DNA from: a bacterium
Lineage (GTDB): Bacteria > Patescibacteriota > Dojkabacteria > JAKAPS01 > JAJZLI01
Direction: 5' to 3'
NCBI GenBank assembly: GCA_021785355.1
Contig: JAJYFR010000001.1
Coordinates: 135,096 to 199,095 of the forward strand
DNA length: 64,000 nt
Below are positions 1 to 9,838 of this stretch, one piece after another (position 1 is the stretch's first letter; every line of letters begins with the position of its first letter). The translations under genes and the position numbers were made by a program. A model generated the notes under the pieces. The model ran no database searches, was not told where the DNA came from, and worked only from the letters and a program-made list of their open reading frames with translations.

Positions 1-1
1 T

Positions 2-238
2 GTAGGAGAGAAAGAAATAAGAGCTTGGGTTATAAAGAAAGGTTCAAGTGCAATTGAGGCAGCTGGTGTTATACATACTGATTTTGTTAAAAATTTTATA
101 AAAATGGAAGTTGTAAGTTACGATGATTTTATTTCACTGAAGAGTTGGAATAACGCTCGTGATAAAGGTAAATTAAAAATTGTAGGAAGTGACTATATTA
201 TGAATGACGGAGATATAGTCATAGTGAGACACTCTTAA
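2..238 (+). CDS. ychF: Redox-regulated ATPase YchF, C-terminal fragment (5' end outside window)
   Basis: Manual translation VGEKEIRAWVIKKGSSAIEAAGVIHTDF...GSDYIMNDGDIVIVRHS* matches the YchF C-terminal domain. Confidence 0.93.
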   Translation, partial: VGEKEIRAWVIKKGSSAIEAAGVIHTDFVKNFIKMEVVSYDDFISLKSWNNARDKGKLKIVGSDYIMNDGDIVIVRHS

Positions 239-284
239 ATAGTATTAATTTTTTATTAATGTTTTAGTAATAGTATTTAATTAT

Positions 285-694
285 TGGAGATGGTGGGAAT
301 TGAACCCACATCCATGAAAAGAGTGGTATATATAGAATTACAAGTATATCAATTTTGTTTAGAGAATCTATACTTAAAAATTGTAAAAATATAAATTCTA
401 ATATTGCATGGATTTCATATTAACATTTTCAATATTTAAAAAGTTAATACTAACTTGTTTTTGTTTGAGCAAGACATACTTTACAAGTTTTATTATGTTC
501 TTACTTTAAATTTATTTAAGCTAAATTTAAATTATAGGAAGGTGAGACAAATGCTGTTTTTAAATTATCAACAAAAGCTGATACCTTACTTTTAATGTTG
601 TTTACATTTATTTTTTTTAATAATTTTGTAAAGATTATTAGAACTTTACTTGCCATACATACAACTTATTTTCTTGTCAAAACCGATCATCCCC
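285..694 (-). ncRNA. ssrA: tmRNA
   Basis: Minus strand starts GGGGATGATCGGTTTTGAC and ends GTGGGTTCAATTCCCACCATCTCCA; Ala-type acceptor stem with G3-U wobble; internal tag ORF 605-516. Confidence 0.93.
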
Positions 695-816
695 AAGGAT
701 AATATTAGTACTATTGAAGTTTTTTCATTAAATAGTTATATTAATATTAATAATTATTGTTTTAAAGAGCAATTCAGTATGTATTTTACCATATTTACTA
801 ACAATTATTCAAGAAT

Positions 817-1407
817 ATGCATGATAAAAGTAAAAGAGATACTATCAATTTATTAAATAACATAAAAGAGCCTCAAAATTCTTTTGATTTATTCTATAAT
901 TGGGTATTTAGTTATGGAAAATATATATTAATTGGATTTGAAGTAATAGTAATACTTGTTTTTATAGCTAAAGTGACAGTAGATCAAGAATATAACTTTG
1001 CAGTTCAGTCTTCTCAGAATTTACAAAACAGATTAAATTCTCCTATTATTCAATCTGAAACAAGAAAAATAAACGCATATCAAAGTAAAATCTTAACAGT
1101 TCTGAATTTATATGATTATCACTATCATAGTGATTATATTTTAAATAAGATTCTAGCTTTGTCGAATCCAGGCATTTCCATGTCTTCTATTACTCTTAAT
1201 AACAACATATTAACAATTAATGGTACTTCATTAAATTATCAAGATTTACAAACTCTATCTAACTCTTTTCAAGCAGATAATAAAGATTTTTCTAATGTTT
1301 TGATTCCTTCACTTTCAGATTCTCAAAATAATCTAAGTGCTAGTAATATAACTTTTTCTTTGAGTGCTAAAATTATAATAAGTTCTTCTAGTGTAAGAAA
1401 ATTATGA
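817..1407 (+). CDS. PilN-like type IV pilus alignment protein (second copy)
   Basis: INLL motif near N-terminus, single TM helix, coiled coil, then a domain with ILTING. Confidence 0.75.
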   Translation: MHDKSKRDTINLLNNIKEPQNSFDLFYNWVFSYGKYILIGFEVIVILVFIAKVTVDQEYNFAVQSSQNLQNRLNSPIIQSETRKINAYQSKILTVLNLYDYHYHSDYILNKILALSNPGISMSSITLNNNILTINGTSLNYQDLQTLSNSFQADNKDFSNVLIPSLSDSQNNLSASNITFSLSAKIIISSSSVRKL

Positions 1408-2042
1408 ATAATATTAATGTTAAAAAAAGCAAAGAATTTCTATTAAATTCTTTTCAAAATAAGAAGTATCAATTATATTATTACTTAAGTGCTTCTTTAA
1501 TATTAATATTAATATTTATAATATTTATAATATATCCTTTAATTAATGTAATTTTTCAAGAATTAAATTCTGTGAATATCATTAATTCGCAAAATAATCA
1601 GATGCAACAAAGATATAACGATATTACTTCAAGTTATTATTTATATAATAAAAATATACGTCCTAATATAAATTATTTAAATAAATCTTTACCTAATGTT
1701 AAAGATACAGCCTTTATATTTGGTAATTTATATCAAATTATGCATAAAAGTAATATAGATTTAACTAATATTAATTTTAATGTGAGTGGTGGGAGTACAC
1801 TTCCTCCGCAGGTAAATGCATTATCTAAAAATTTTGATGTTGCTATTTCGGCTATAGGTAGTTATCAAGAATTAATATCATTTCTAGATTCAATTTCAAA
1901 TTATCCTCAGAGGATATTAATATATAATATTTCTTTTGTTCCAAATTTGACATCAAATGCTCAAGCGGTTCCTACAGGTAGTATGTTTACATCAACTGGG
2001 GCTATTACTTTTGATGCATTAATTTTTTATTCAAATTATTAA
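1404..2042 (+). CDS. PilO-like type IV pilus alignment protein (second copy)
   Basis: TM helix, coiled coil, SLP motif, GSYQELISFL motif; ATGA overlap with pilN-like gene. Confidence 0.75.
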   Translation: MNNINVKKSKEFLLNSFQNKKYQLYYYLSASLILILIFIIFIIYPLINVIFQELNSVNIINSQNNQMQQRYNDITSSYYLYNKNIRPNINYLNKSLPNVKDTAFIFGNLYQIMHKSNIDLTNINFNVSGGSTLPPQVNALSKNFDVAISAIGSYQELISFLDSISNYPQRILIYNISFVPNLTSNAQAVPTGSMFTSTGAITFDALIFYSNY

Positions 2043-2045
2043 TAT

Positions 2046-2294
2046 ATGAAAAAATTTTTTAATATAATACTTCTTTCTTTTATAGTAATAGTGCTATGGA
2101 TTATATTTTCAATATATAATATAAGTCATAGCTCTCATCCTATAATTAGTGTGCCTCAACAATTATTATCAAATTTTAATGGCAATCTATATCAAACTAC
2201 ATTTGAGGATATTGTAAATAGGCAGCAGTATATTTGTGTAAATTCAGACTTTTTGCCAAAAAATAACTGTAAAGTAATTTTAGTGACTAAATAA
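2046..2294 (+). CDS. Small single-TM protein in a PilP-like position
   Basis: 82 aa, N-terminal TM, follows pilNO-like genes; function inferred from position only. Confidence 0.55.
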   Translation: MKKFFNIILLSFIVIVLWIIFSIYNISHSSHPIISVPQQLLSNFNGNLYQTTFEDIVNRQQYICVNSDFLPKNNCKVILVTK

Positions 2295-2319
2295 TAAAAA
2301 CATATAATAATATATATGT

Positions 2320-2348
2320 TTGACAAGTTTTGTGTGTTATGATAGTAT
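2320..2348 (+). promoter_or_regulatory. Sigma70-type promoter of the rpoBC operon
   Basis: TTGACA-17 nt-TAGTAT, with TG extended -10. Confidence 0.7.
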
Positions 2349-2461
2349 TCATTATTATTGAATTCATACTATTTTTAATGAGTAATTGTCTGTTATTTTT
2401 TTAATTTTTTAATATAAGCTCTTTGTTGAGTTTATTTTTGTTTATATAAATATATAATATT

Positions 2462-5400
2462 ATGCATAATGGAAGAATAGATCTGTCAACTTCTTTTGAT
2501 GAAAATCAAAAATCATTTAATTACCCAAATCTCATAGATGCACAACTGAATTCTTATGAAGATTTTTTAGAAACAAATATAAAAGCCTTATTTAATGAGA
2601 TTAATCCAGTAGAAGATAATACAGGAAAACTTTGGTCTTTAGAATTTCTAGATCACCGTTTTGGAGATATAAATCGTTCTTCTAAGGAAGCTATAAGGAA
2701 AGGTTTGAGTTATGATAGACCTTTATATTTTACTGTACGTTTAACAAATAAAGTAACAGGAGAAATAAAGGAGCAAGAACTTTTTGTAGTAGAATTGCCT
2801 GTTATGACAGAATCTGGAAGTTTTATTATCAATGGACATGAAAGAGTTGTTATTCATCAGGTAGTAAGAGCAGAAGGTGTATTGTTTGGTGAGAATGGAG
2901 TTGGGTTTAATAAGAGACCTTTATATTCAGCTAAATTAGTTACAGCTATTGGTCCTTGGCTTACATTTGAAGTAAATAAACATAATGTAATATCTTTGAA
3001 ATTTGCTCCTAGAAAAAATAAAATACTTATTACAACTCTGCTTAGAGCTTTAGGTTATTCTACAAATTCAGATATATTGAATCTTTTTGCTGATATAGAT
3101 AATGATGTAGAAAAAAGATACATAGATGCAACTTTGGTAAAAGATACTTCTCATAATCAAACAGAAGCAGTTTTAGAAATATATAGAAAAATAAGGCCAG
3201 ATATTTCTATTAGCTATGATAATGCTTTAAATTATATTGAAAGTTTATTTTTTAATCCTAGAAAGTTATATTTAGGTAAAACTGGGAGATATAAATTAAA
3301 CAAAAGATTAGGTGTTAATAAACCTATTAAGGAAGAAAATTACGTTTTGACAAGAGATGACATTGTCGGAATAATAAGAAGATTAATCCTTGTTAATAAT
3401 GGTGAAGTTCCACCAGACGATATTGATTCTTTAAGTAATAGAAGAGTTAAGAGTGTAGGAGAGTTACTTTCTGATTATGTTAGAGTTGGAGTAAGGAGAG
3501 TTGAAAAAATAATTAAAGATAGAATGAGTATTATGTCTTCTGATGAAGTCTTAACACCTTCTATGCTTGTTAGTACAAAACCTTTTGTTTCTGTTATTAA
3601 TGAATTTTTTGGAAGTAGTGCAGTTTCAGTATCCGCAGATCAGGCAAATATTTTGAGTGAAATAAGTAATAAAAGAAGAGTTACTGCTGGGGGTCCAGGA
3701 GGTTTAACAAAGGAAAGTGCAACTTTCTCTGTTAGAGATATGCATTATTCTCAATATTCAAGATTTTGTCCAGTAGAAACACCTGAAGGTCAACATATTG
3801 GAATAGTAAATCATTTAAGTATTTATGCAAAGATAAATGATTATGGGTTCATTGAAACTCCTTATGAAAAAGTATTAAAAACTGTATCTTTTGATTCTAA
3901 GAAATTAAAAGGTCGTATTTTGAAAGGAAGTCTAAAATTAGGAGGAGAGACTTATAAATCAGGAACACGTATAGATTCAAAGTTATCAGATTTAATAAAG
4001 AAAGAAAAATTAAAAGATATTTCTGTTTTAGCTTATCTTTCAGGAGAAGTGATATATTTTGATGCAGATGAAGAATTTGATCTTTCAATTGCAAGTCTTA
4101 ATACAAAAATAGATAAGGAAGGTAACCTGTTAGATAATATTCTAGAAGTTAGATCTAAAGGAGAATATTCTTTAGGAAATGTAAATACTGTTGATTATAT
4201 AGAGGTTTCTACAACACAGATAGGTGGAGTTTCTTTAAATCTGATACCTTTTGCATCTGGGAATAAAGCAGATAGAACATTGATGGGATCTAACATGCAG
4301 AAGCAAGCAGTTCCTTTAGTTTCTCCTGAAGCTCCTATAATAGGAACAGGAGTAGAAAGAATTATTGCTGAAAATTCTCATAGAGCATATTTTGCTAAGG
4401 ATGATGGTGTTGTCGAATATGCAGATTCTAAAATGATTACTGTTAAATATAAAAATGGAGATAAGGAAACTTATTTTGCAGATAAATTTATTCCTACTAA
4501 TAAATCTACATCTTTCTCTCAAAAAGTTTTACTCAATAAGGGTACTGTCTTTTCTAAAGGGGATGTAATTGTTGATGGACCTAGTATGGATAAAGGAGAA
4601 TTAGCTTTAGGAAGAAATCTTCTTGTAGCTTACATGATGTATGAAGGTTATAACTATGAGGATGGAATTGTTATTTCTGAAAAATTAGTTAAAGAGGATT
4701 TATTAACTTCTGTTCATGTTAAATGTTATACACATGATATTAAAGAAACTAGATTAGGAGATGAAGTTACTACAAGAGATATACCTAATGTATCTTTAAC
4801 TGCTCTAAGAGATTTAGATGAAAATGGAATTGTAAGAGTAGGTGCACATGTAGAATCAGGTAGTATACTTGTTGGAATTGTTGCTCCTAAAGGTGAGGTT
4901 GAATTAACAGCGGAAGAGAAACTATTAAGATCAATATTTGGAGATATTGCAAAAGATGTTAGAGATAACTCTTTAAGAGTACCTAATGGAGAATCTGGAA
5001 TAGTAACAGATATTGAAGTTCTAGAAAGAAATGATGATTCTAATAAATTATCACCAGGTGTTATAAAACAAATTAAAGTATGGGTTGCAAGAACACATAA
5101 AATAGGTTTAGGAGATAAATTATCTGGTAGATTTGGAGATAAAGGTGTAATTTCAAAGATACTTCCTGTAGGGGATATGCCTTACTTAGAAGATGGAACA
5201 CCTGTAGATATAATAATATCTCCTTCAAGTATTACAAGAAGGTTAAATTTTGGTCAATTACATGAAATACATTATTCTAAACTTGCTGAAAAATTAAATA
5301 CAAAATTTGCTTTTCCTATTTTTTCTCAAATAGATGAAGAGAAAGTAGCAAAATTAATAAAAGATAATAATATAGGTGAGATAGAAGATAAAGTAGATTT

Positions 5401-5947
5401 ATATGATGGTAGAACAGGTGATAAATTTGATCACAAAATAACTGTGGGAAAAAGATATATATTGGTATTAGATCATTTAGCTGATACTAAGATTCATGCT
5501 AGATCTACTGGAAATTATACTGTTGTCAGTCAACAACCTTTAGGTGGAAAATCTAATATGGGAGGTATGAAATTTGGAGAAATGGAAGTATGGGCATTAG
5601 AAGCTTATGGAGCTGCATCTACATTGCAAGAAATGTTGTCAATAAAGTCAGATGATATTATCGGTAGATCAGAGGCATATAAATCTATTATTCATAATAA
5701 GAAGATTCAAATGGTAGGAATTCCTGAATCTTTTAAAGTTCTTTTATCTGAATTGAAATCTTTGTGTTTGAATATTGAACCAATAGATGTTGTTATAGAA
5801 AAAGAAGTAGAAGAAGAGGATTCTTATTTACCTGAAGATATAGTAATGGAAGATGTTGTTATGGAAGAAGGTGAGAATGAAATTATAGAAGGAGTAGCTG
5901 TTACAGCAGGTCCTGATAGTGTATTAGAAGAAGAATATAATAATTAA
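2462..5947 (+). CDS. rpoB: RNA polymerase beta subunit
   Basis: CPVETPEG, GDKLSGR, FGEMEVWALEAYGAA, PESFKVL motifs; acidic C-terminal tail. Confidence 0.99.
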   Translation: MHNGRIDLSTSFDENQKSFNYPNLIDAQLNSYEDFLETNIKALFNEINPVEDNTGKLWSLEFLDHRFGDINRSSKEAIRKGLSYDRPLYFTVRLTNKVTGEIKEQELFVVELPVMTESGSFIINGHERVVIHQVVRAEGVLFGENGVGFNKRPLYSAKLVTAIGPWLTFEVNKHNVISLKFAPRKNKILITTLLRALGYSTNSDILNLFADIDNDVEKRYIDATLVKDTSHNQTEAVLEIYRKIRPDISISYDNALNYIESLFFNPRKLYLGKTGRYKLNKRLGVNKPIKEENYVLTRDDIVGIIRRLILVNNGEVPPDDIDSLSNRRVKSVGELLSDYVRVGVRRVEKIIKDRMSIMSSDEVLTPSMLVSTKPFVSVINEFFGSSAVSVSADQANILSEISNKRRVTAGGPGGLTKESATFSVRDMHYSQYSRFCPVETPEGQHIGIVNHLSIYAKINDYGFIETPYEKVLKTVSFDSKKLKGRILKGSLKLGGETYKSGTRIDSKLSDLIKKEKLKDISVLAYLSGEVIYFDADEEFDLSIASLNTKIDKEGNLLDNILEVRSKGEYSLGNVNTVDYIEVSTTQIGGVSLNLIPFASGNKADRTLMGSNMQKQAVPLVSPEAPIIGTGVERIIAENSHRAYFAKDDGVVEYADSKMITVKYKNGDKETYFADKFIPTNKSTSFSQKVLLNKGTVFSKGDVIVDGPSMDKGELALGRNLLVAYMMYEGYNYEDGIVISEKLVKEDLLTSVHVKCYTHDIKETRLGDEVTTRDIPNVSLTALRDLDENGIVRVGAHVESGSILVGIVAPKGEVELTAEEKLLRSIFGDIAKDVRDNSLRVPNGESGIVTDIEVLERNDDSNKLSPGVIKQIKVWVARTHKIGLGDKLSGRFGDKGVISKILPVGDMPYLEDGTPVDIIISPSSITRRLNFGQLHEIHYSKLAEKLNTKFAFPIFSQIDEEKVAKLIKDNNIGEIEDKVDLYDGRTGDKFDHKITVGKRYILVLDHLADTKIHARSTGNYTVVSQQPLGGKSNMGGMKFGEMEVWALEAYGAASTLQEMLSIKSDDIIGRSEAYKSIIHNKKIQMVGIPESFKVLLSELKSLCLNIEPIDVVIEKEVEEEDSYLPEDIVMEDVVMEEGENEIIEGVAVTAGPDSVLEEEYNN

Positions 5948-5968
5948 TTTATTTTATATAAAGAAAAC

Positions 5969-8900
5969 ATGTTAAAAGATTTTAAAGCATTAAAAATAAC
6001 ATTAGCATCTCCTGATAGAATTTTAGAATGGTCAAAAGGGGAAGTTAAAAAAGCAGAAACAATTAATTATAGAACTCAGAGAGCTGAAGTTGGAGGATTA
6101 ATGTGTGAAAGAATTTTTGGTCCAACAAAAAATTATGAATGTTATTGTGGGAAATATAAAAAAATTAGATATAAAGGTATTATTTGTGATAAATGTGGAG
6201 TTGAAGTTACAACTAGAGGTGTTAGAAGGGAGAGATTAGGGCATATAAAATTAGCTTCACCAATAACACATATATGGTTTGTGCATGAAGTTCCTAACAA
6301 ATTAGCACTTCTTTTAGATATACCTCAAAAGAAATTAATATCCGTTATATATTTTTCTAGATACATTATTTTAAATGTTGATGAAGATAAAAAGAAACTT
6401 GCAATAGAATATGTTAAAGAAAAAGTTTCTAAAGATGATGCTGAATATAATAAGCAATTAGATGATAAAATTCAAAAATTAACAGTAGAAGAAGATAAAA
6501 GAATAAAAGATCTTATTAAAGATTTAAAGAAAGATGGAATAGAGGGTGAGTCTATAGATTTACAAGTTGAAAAAGAAAACTTTAAATTTAGACAGAAGAT
6601 AGCAAGATTAAGAGAAGAAGAAGCTTTATCATATGAAGATATATCTAAAGAAAATAATAATTTATTTGAACTTGTTAAAAAAATATCTTTAGGAGAAGTA
6701 ATTTCAGAAGAAGAGTATGGGAATTTATTAGATAATGATTTGGAATTTTATGAATTAGGTATGGGATCTGAATCAATTAGAACTCTTCTCTCGAAATTAG
6801 ATTTATCTAAATTATCAGAAGATCTATATAAAGATATAAATGCAAGATCTGCACAAAAGAGAGTAAGAGCTATACAAAGACTTAAAATAGTTGAAGGTTT
6901 TAGAAAAAATAATATGAAACCTGAATGGATGGTTTTGGATGTTATTCCAGTTATACCACCAGATTTAAGACCAATTATTCAATTATCTGGAGGTAAGTTT
7001 GCTACATCTGATTTAAATGATTTGTACAGAAGAGTAATCAATAGAAATAATAGGTTGAAAAAATTAATAGATTTAGGTGCACCAGATGTAATTTTAAGAA
7101 ATGAAAAAAGAATGTTACAAGAGAGTGTAGATGCGTTGTTTGATAATCAACACAGACCATCACCTCCTGTTGTAAATTCAAGAAGAATTCCTTATAAATC
7201 TTTATCTGATAATATTAGAGGTAAGCATGGTAGATTTAGAGAAAATTTATTAGGAAAAAGAGTAGATTATTCTGGTAGAGCAGTTATTACTAGTGGACCT
7301 GAGTTGTCATTGAGACAATGTGGTTTACCTAAAAAAATGGCATTAGAATTATTTAGACCTTTTGTAATGAGAGAGATTCTATTTAGAGGTCTTTCTCCTA
7401 ATATAAAAAGTGCAAAAGTTTTATTTGAAACAGAAACACCTGAAGTATGGGATATATTAGAAGATATCATTAAAGATAGACCAGTTTTACTTAATAGAGC
7501 TCCAACTTTACATAAACAAGGTATACAAGGATTTTACCCTATATTGGTAGAAGGAGATGCTATTAAATTACATCCATTGGTATGTGCAGGTTTTAATGCC
7601 GATTTTGATGGAGATGCTATGGTAGTACATGTTCCTTTATCAGAAGAAGCTATAGAAGAAGTAAAAAGTTTAACTATGGCAGATAGTAATTTATTTTTAG
7701 CATCAGATGCTACACCTATTGTAACTTTGAAAAAAGATATGGTTTATGGTTGTTTTTATCTTACATCAATAGATAAGGAGAATTTAAAATTAACATTTTC
7801 TTCATTTGAAGATTTACTTTCAGCATTTAATAAATCTTTAATTTCATTAAAAGAACTTGTAAAAGTTAGATCAAATGGAGTGATAATAGAAACTTCAGCA
7901 GGTAGAGTTATTTTTAATAATGCACTACATGGAAGTGTAGATAGTTTTATTAATGAACCTGTAAATGACTCAATAATAACTAATATTATTGTTAATGCAG
8001 TTGAATCAATAGGAAAAGAAGAGACATTATTAATGTTAGATGATCTTAAGACTTTAGGTTTTAAATTTGGTCTAAAATCAGACTTTTCAATTTCAATCGA
8101 AGATTGTGTAATTCTTTCTAATAAAGAAGAGATAATTGCTGAAGCTCAAGAAAAGGTAGAGCAAACATCTTCTAGTTTTATAGAAGGTTTAATTACGAGG
8201 AAAGAAAAAGCTCAATTATTAACTGAAATATGGAAAACTACTACAGATAAAATATCAGAGTTATCTTTAGAAAATTTAAAAGATGATAATATCTTTAAAA
8301 AGATAATAGATAATAAGTTTATGGGAGCTAATATAGATCAATTAAAGCAGATTATAGGAATGAAAGGTTTGGTTGTTGATCCTAATTCAAATATAGTAGA
8401 ATTACCTATTAAATCAAATTATGTAGAAGGTTTAAGTGTTTTTGAATATTTAGTTGAAGCTCGTTCTTCAAGAAAAGGTTTAGCTGATGTTGCTTTAAGA
8501 ACTTCTGATACAGGATACTTAACTAGAAGAATGATAGATGTATCTCAAGATGTAATAGTAAGGGAAGATGATTGTAATAATTATGGAGAAGGTTATGAAA
8601 TTTCAAAATCAGATGTTAGAACTTTAAGTTTTGAAGCAAGAATCTATGGTAGAGTTTTGTCAGATGATATTTTAGATACTAAAGGTAATGTTATTTATTC
8701 AAAAAATACTATTATCGATAGAAAAATTGCAAAAGATTTGTCAAATAATAAAGAAGTAGAAACTGTTTTTGTTAGAACTCCATTAACTTGTGGATCTCAG
8801 TATGGAATATGTAAATTATGTTATGGATATGATATGAGTGAAAGTCAAATGGTAGATATGGGTAAAGCTGTAGGTATTATAGCTGCTCAATCTTTGGGAC

Positions 8901-9832
8901 AAAAAGGTTCTCAATTAACATTGAACTCAAAGCATTTATCTGGAATTGTTGGTGCAGTAGATATGTCTAGAGGATACCCTAGAATTGAAGAACTATTGGA
9001 AGCAAGAATTCCTAAAGGAGAAGCAAGAATAGCAGATATTGACGGTATAGTACATATTGAGACAAATGATTTAGATGTAAGAGTAAAGATAGTCTCAGAA
9101 AAGAAGATAAGACAAGATTATGTATTAGTAAAAGGTGATATTCCTGCTTTTGAAGGAGAAAAAAAGGTTATACCAGGAACTTTATTATATACAACAAAAA
9201 ATCAGACTCAGGTAATATCTCCATTTAAGGGAATTGCAAAAATAGAAGAAGGAAAAGCTTATGTTGAAAGTTCTAAAATATTAGAAGTAGAATATAAATT
9301 TTTCCCAGATGAAATAATATTGGTTACTGAGGGAGAAAAAATTACAGCAGGAACATTACTTACAAAAGGTAATATAGATCCTAATGTTTTATTAAAAGCT
9401 GTTGGAATAAAACAGGCACAAAAATACATTATAGATAATCTTTTAGATACTTATGAAGCTCAAGGTATTAGTGTTTATGATAAGCATGTTGAGGTTATTG
9501 TAGCTCAAATGGGTAGATATGTTAAAGTAGTTGATCCTGGTGATAGTGATATCCTTCCTGGATCATATAAAGATATTTTCTTTATTAATGAAGATAATAA
9601 AAGATTAAAATTAACTGAAGGAAAATCAGTTAAATATGAAAGAAAATTATCTGGTATAACTTTTTCTGCTCTTCATACAGAAAGTTTCTTATCAGCTGCT
9701 TCTTTCCAAGAACAGGTTAGAGTACTTTCTGATGCTGCTATATCTGGAAAGATAGATCACTTGCGTGGATTAAAGGAAAATGTTATTATTGGACGTAAAA
9801 TTCCATCAGGAGAGAGTGCTAAATTAGTTTAA
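5969..9832 (+). CDS. rpoC: RNA polymerase beta' subunit
   Basis: Zn finger CYCGKYK..CDKC, GKRVDYSGR, NADFDGD, GLKENVIIG. Confidence 0.99.
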   Translation: MLKDFKALKITLASPDRILEWSKGEVKKAETINYRTQRAEVGGLMCERIFGPTKNYECYCGKYKKIRYKGIICDKCGVEVTTRGVRRERLGHIKLASPITHIWFVHEVPNKLALLLDIPQKKLISVIYFSRYIILNVDEDKKKLAIEYVKEKVSKDDAEYNKQLDDKIQKLTVEEDKRIKDLIKDLKKDGIEGESIDLQVEKENFKFRQKIARLREEEALSYEDISKENNNLFELVKKISLGEVISEEEYGNLLDNDLEFYELGMGSESIRTLLSKLDLSKLSEDLYKDINARSAQKRVRAIQRLKIVEGFRKNNMKPEWMVLDVIPVIPPDLRPIIQLSGGKFATSDLNDLYRRVINRNNRLKKLIDLGAPDVILRNEKRMLQESVDALFDNQHRPSPPVVNSRRIPYKSLSDNIRGKHGRFRENLLGKRVDYSGRAVITSGPELSLRQCGLPKKMALELFRPFVMREILFRGLSPNIKSAKVLFETETPEVWDILEDIIKDRPVLLNRAPTLHKQGIQGFYPILVEGDAIKLHPLVCAGFNADFDGDAMVVHVPLSEEAIEEVKSLTMADSNLFLASDATPIVTLKKDMVYGCFYLTSIDKENLKLTFSSFEDLLSAFNKSLISLKELVKVRSNGVIIETSAGRVIFNNALHGSVDSFINEPVNDSIITNIIVNAVESIGKEETLLMLDDLKTLGFKFGLKSDFSISIEDCVILSNKEEIIAEAQEKVEQTSSSFIEGLITRKEKAQLLTEIWKTTTDKISELSLENLKDDNIFKKIIDNKFMGANIDQLKQIIGMKGLVVDPNSNIVELPIKSNYVEGLSVFEYLVEARSSRKGLADVALRTSDTGYLTRRMIDVSQDVIVREDDCNNYGEGYEISKSDVRTLSFEARIYGRVLSDDILDTKGNVIYSKNTIIDRKIAKDLSNNKEVETVFVRTPLTCGSQYGICKLCYGYDMSESQMVDMGKAVGIIAAQSLGQKGSQLTLNSKHLSGIVGAVDMSRGYPRIEELLEARIPKGEARIADIDGIVHIETNDLDVRVKIVSEKKIRQDYVLVKGDIPAFEGEKKVIPGTLLYTTKNQTQVISPFKGIAKIEEGKAYVESSKILEVEYKFFPDEIILVTEGEKITAGTLLTKGNIDPNVLLKAVGIKQAQKYIIDNLLDTYEAQGISVYDKHVEVIVAQMGRYVKVVDPGDSDILPGSYKDIFFINEDNKRLKLTEGKSVKYERKLSGITFSALHTESFLSAASFQEQVRVLSDAAISGKIDHLRGLKENVIIGRKIPSGESAKLV

Positions 9833-9838
9833 AAAAGT

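Noticed and set aside
650-856. 68-aa ORF
   Set aside because: TTG start inside the tmRNA 5' end, spans the divergent promoter region, no protein features
6370-6690. Coiled-coil insertion in RpoC as a possible intein or novel domain
   Set aside because: No intein termini; sits where the known lineage-specific beta' insertion occurs
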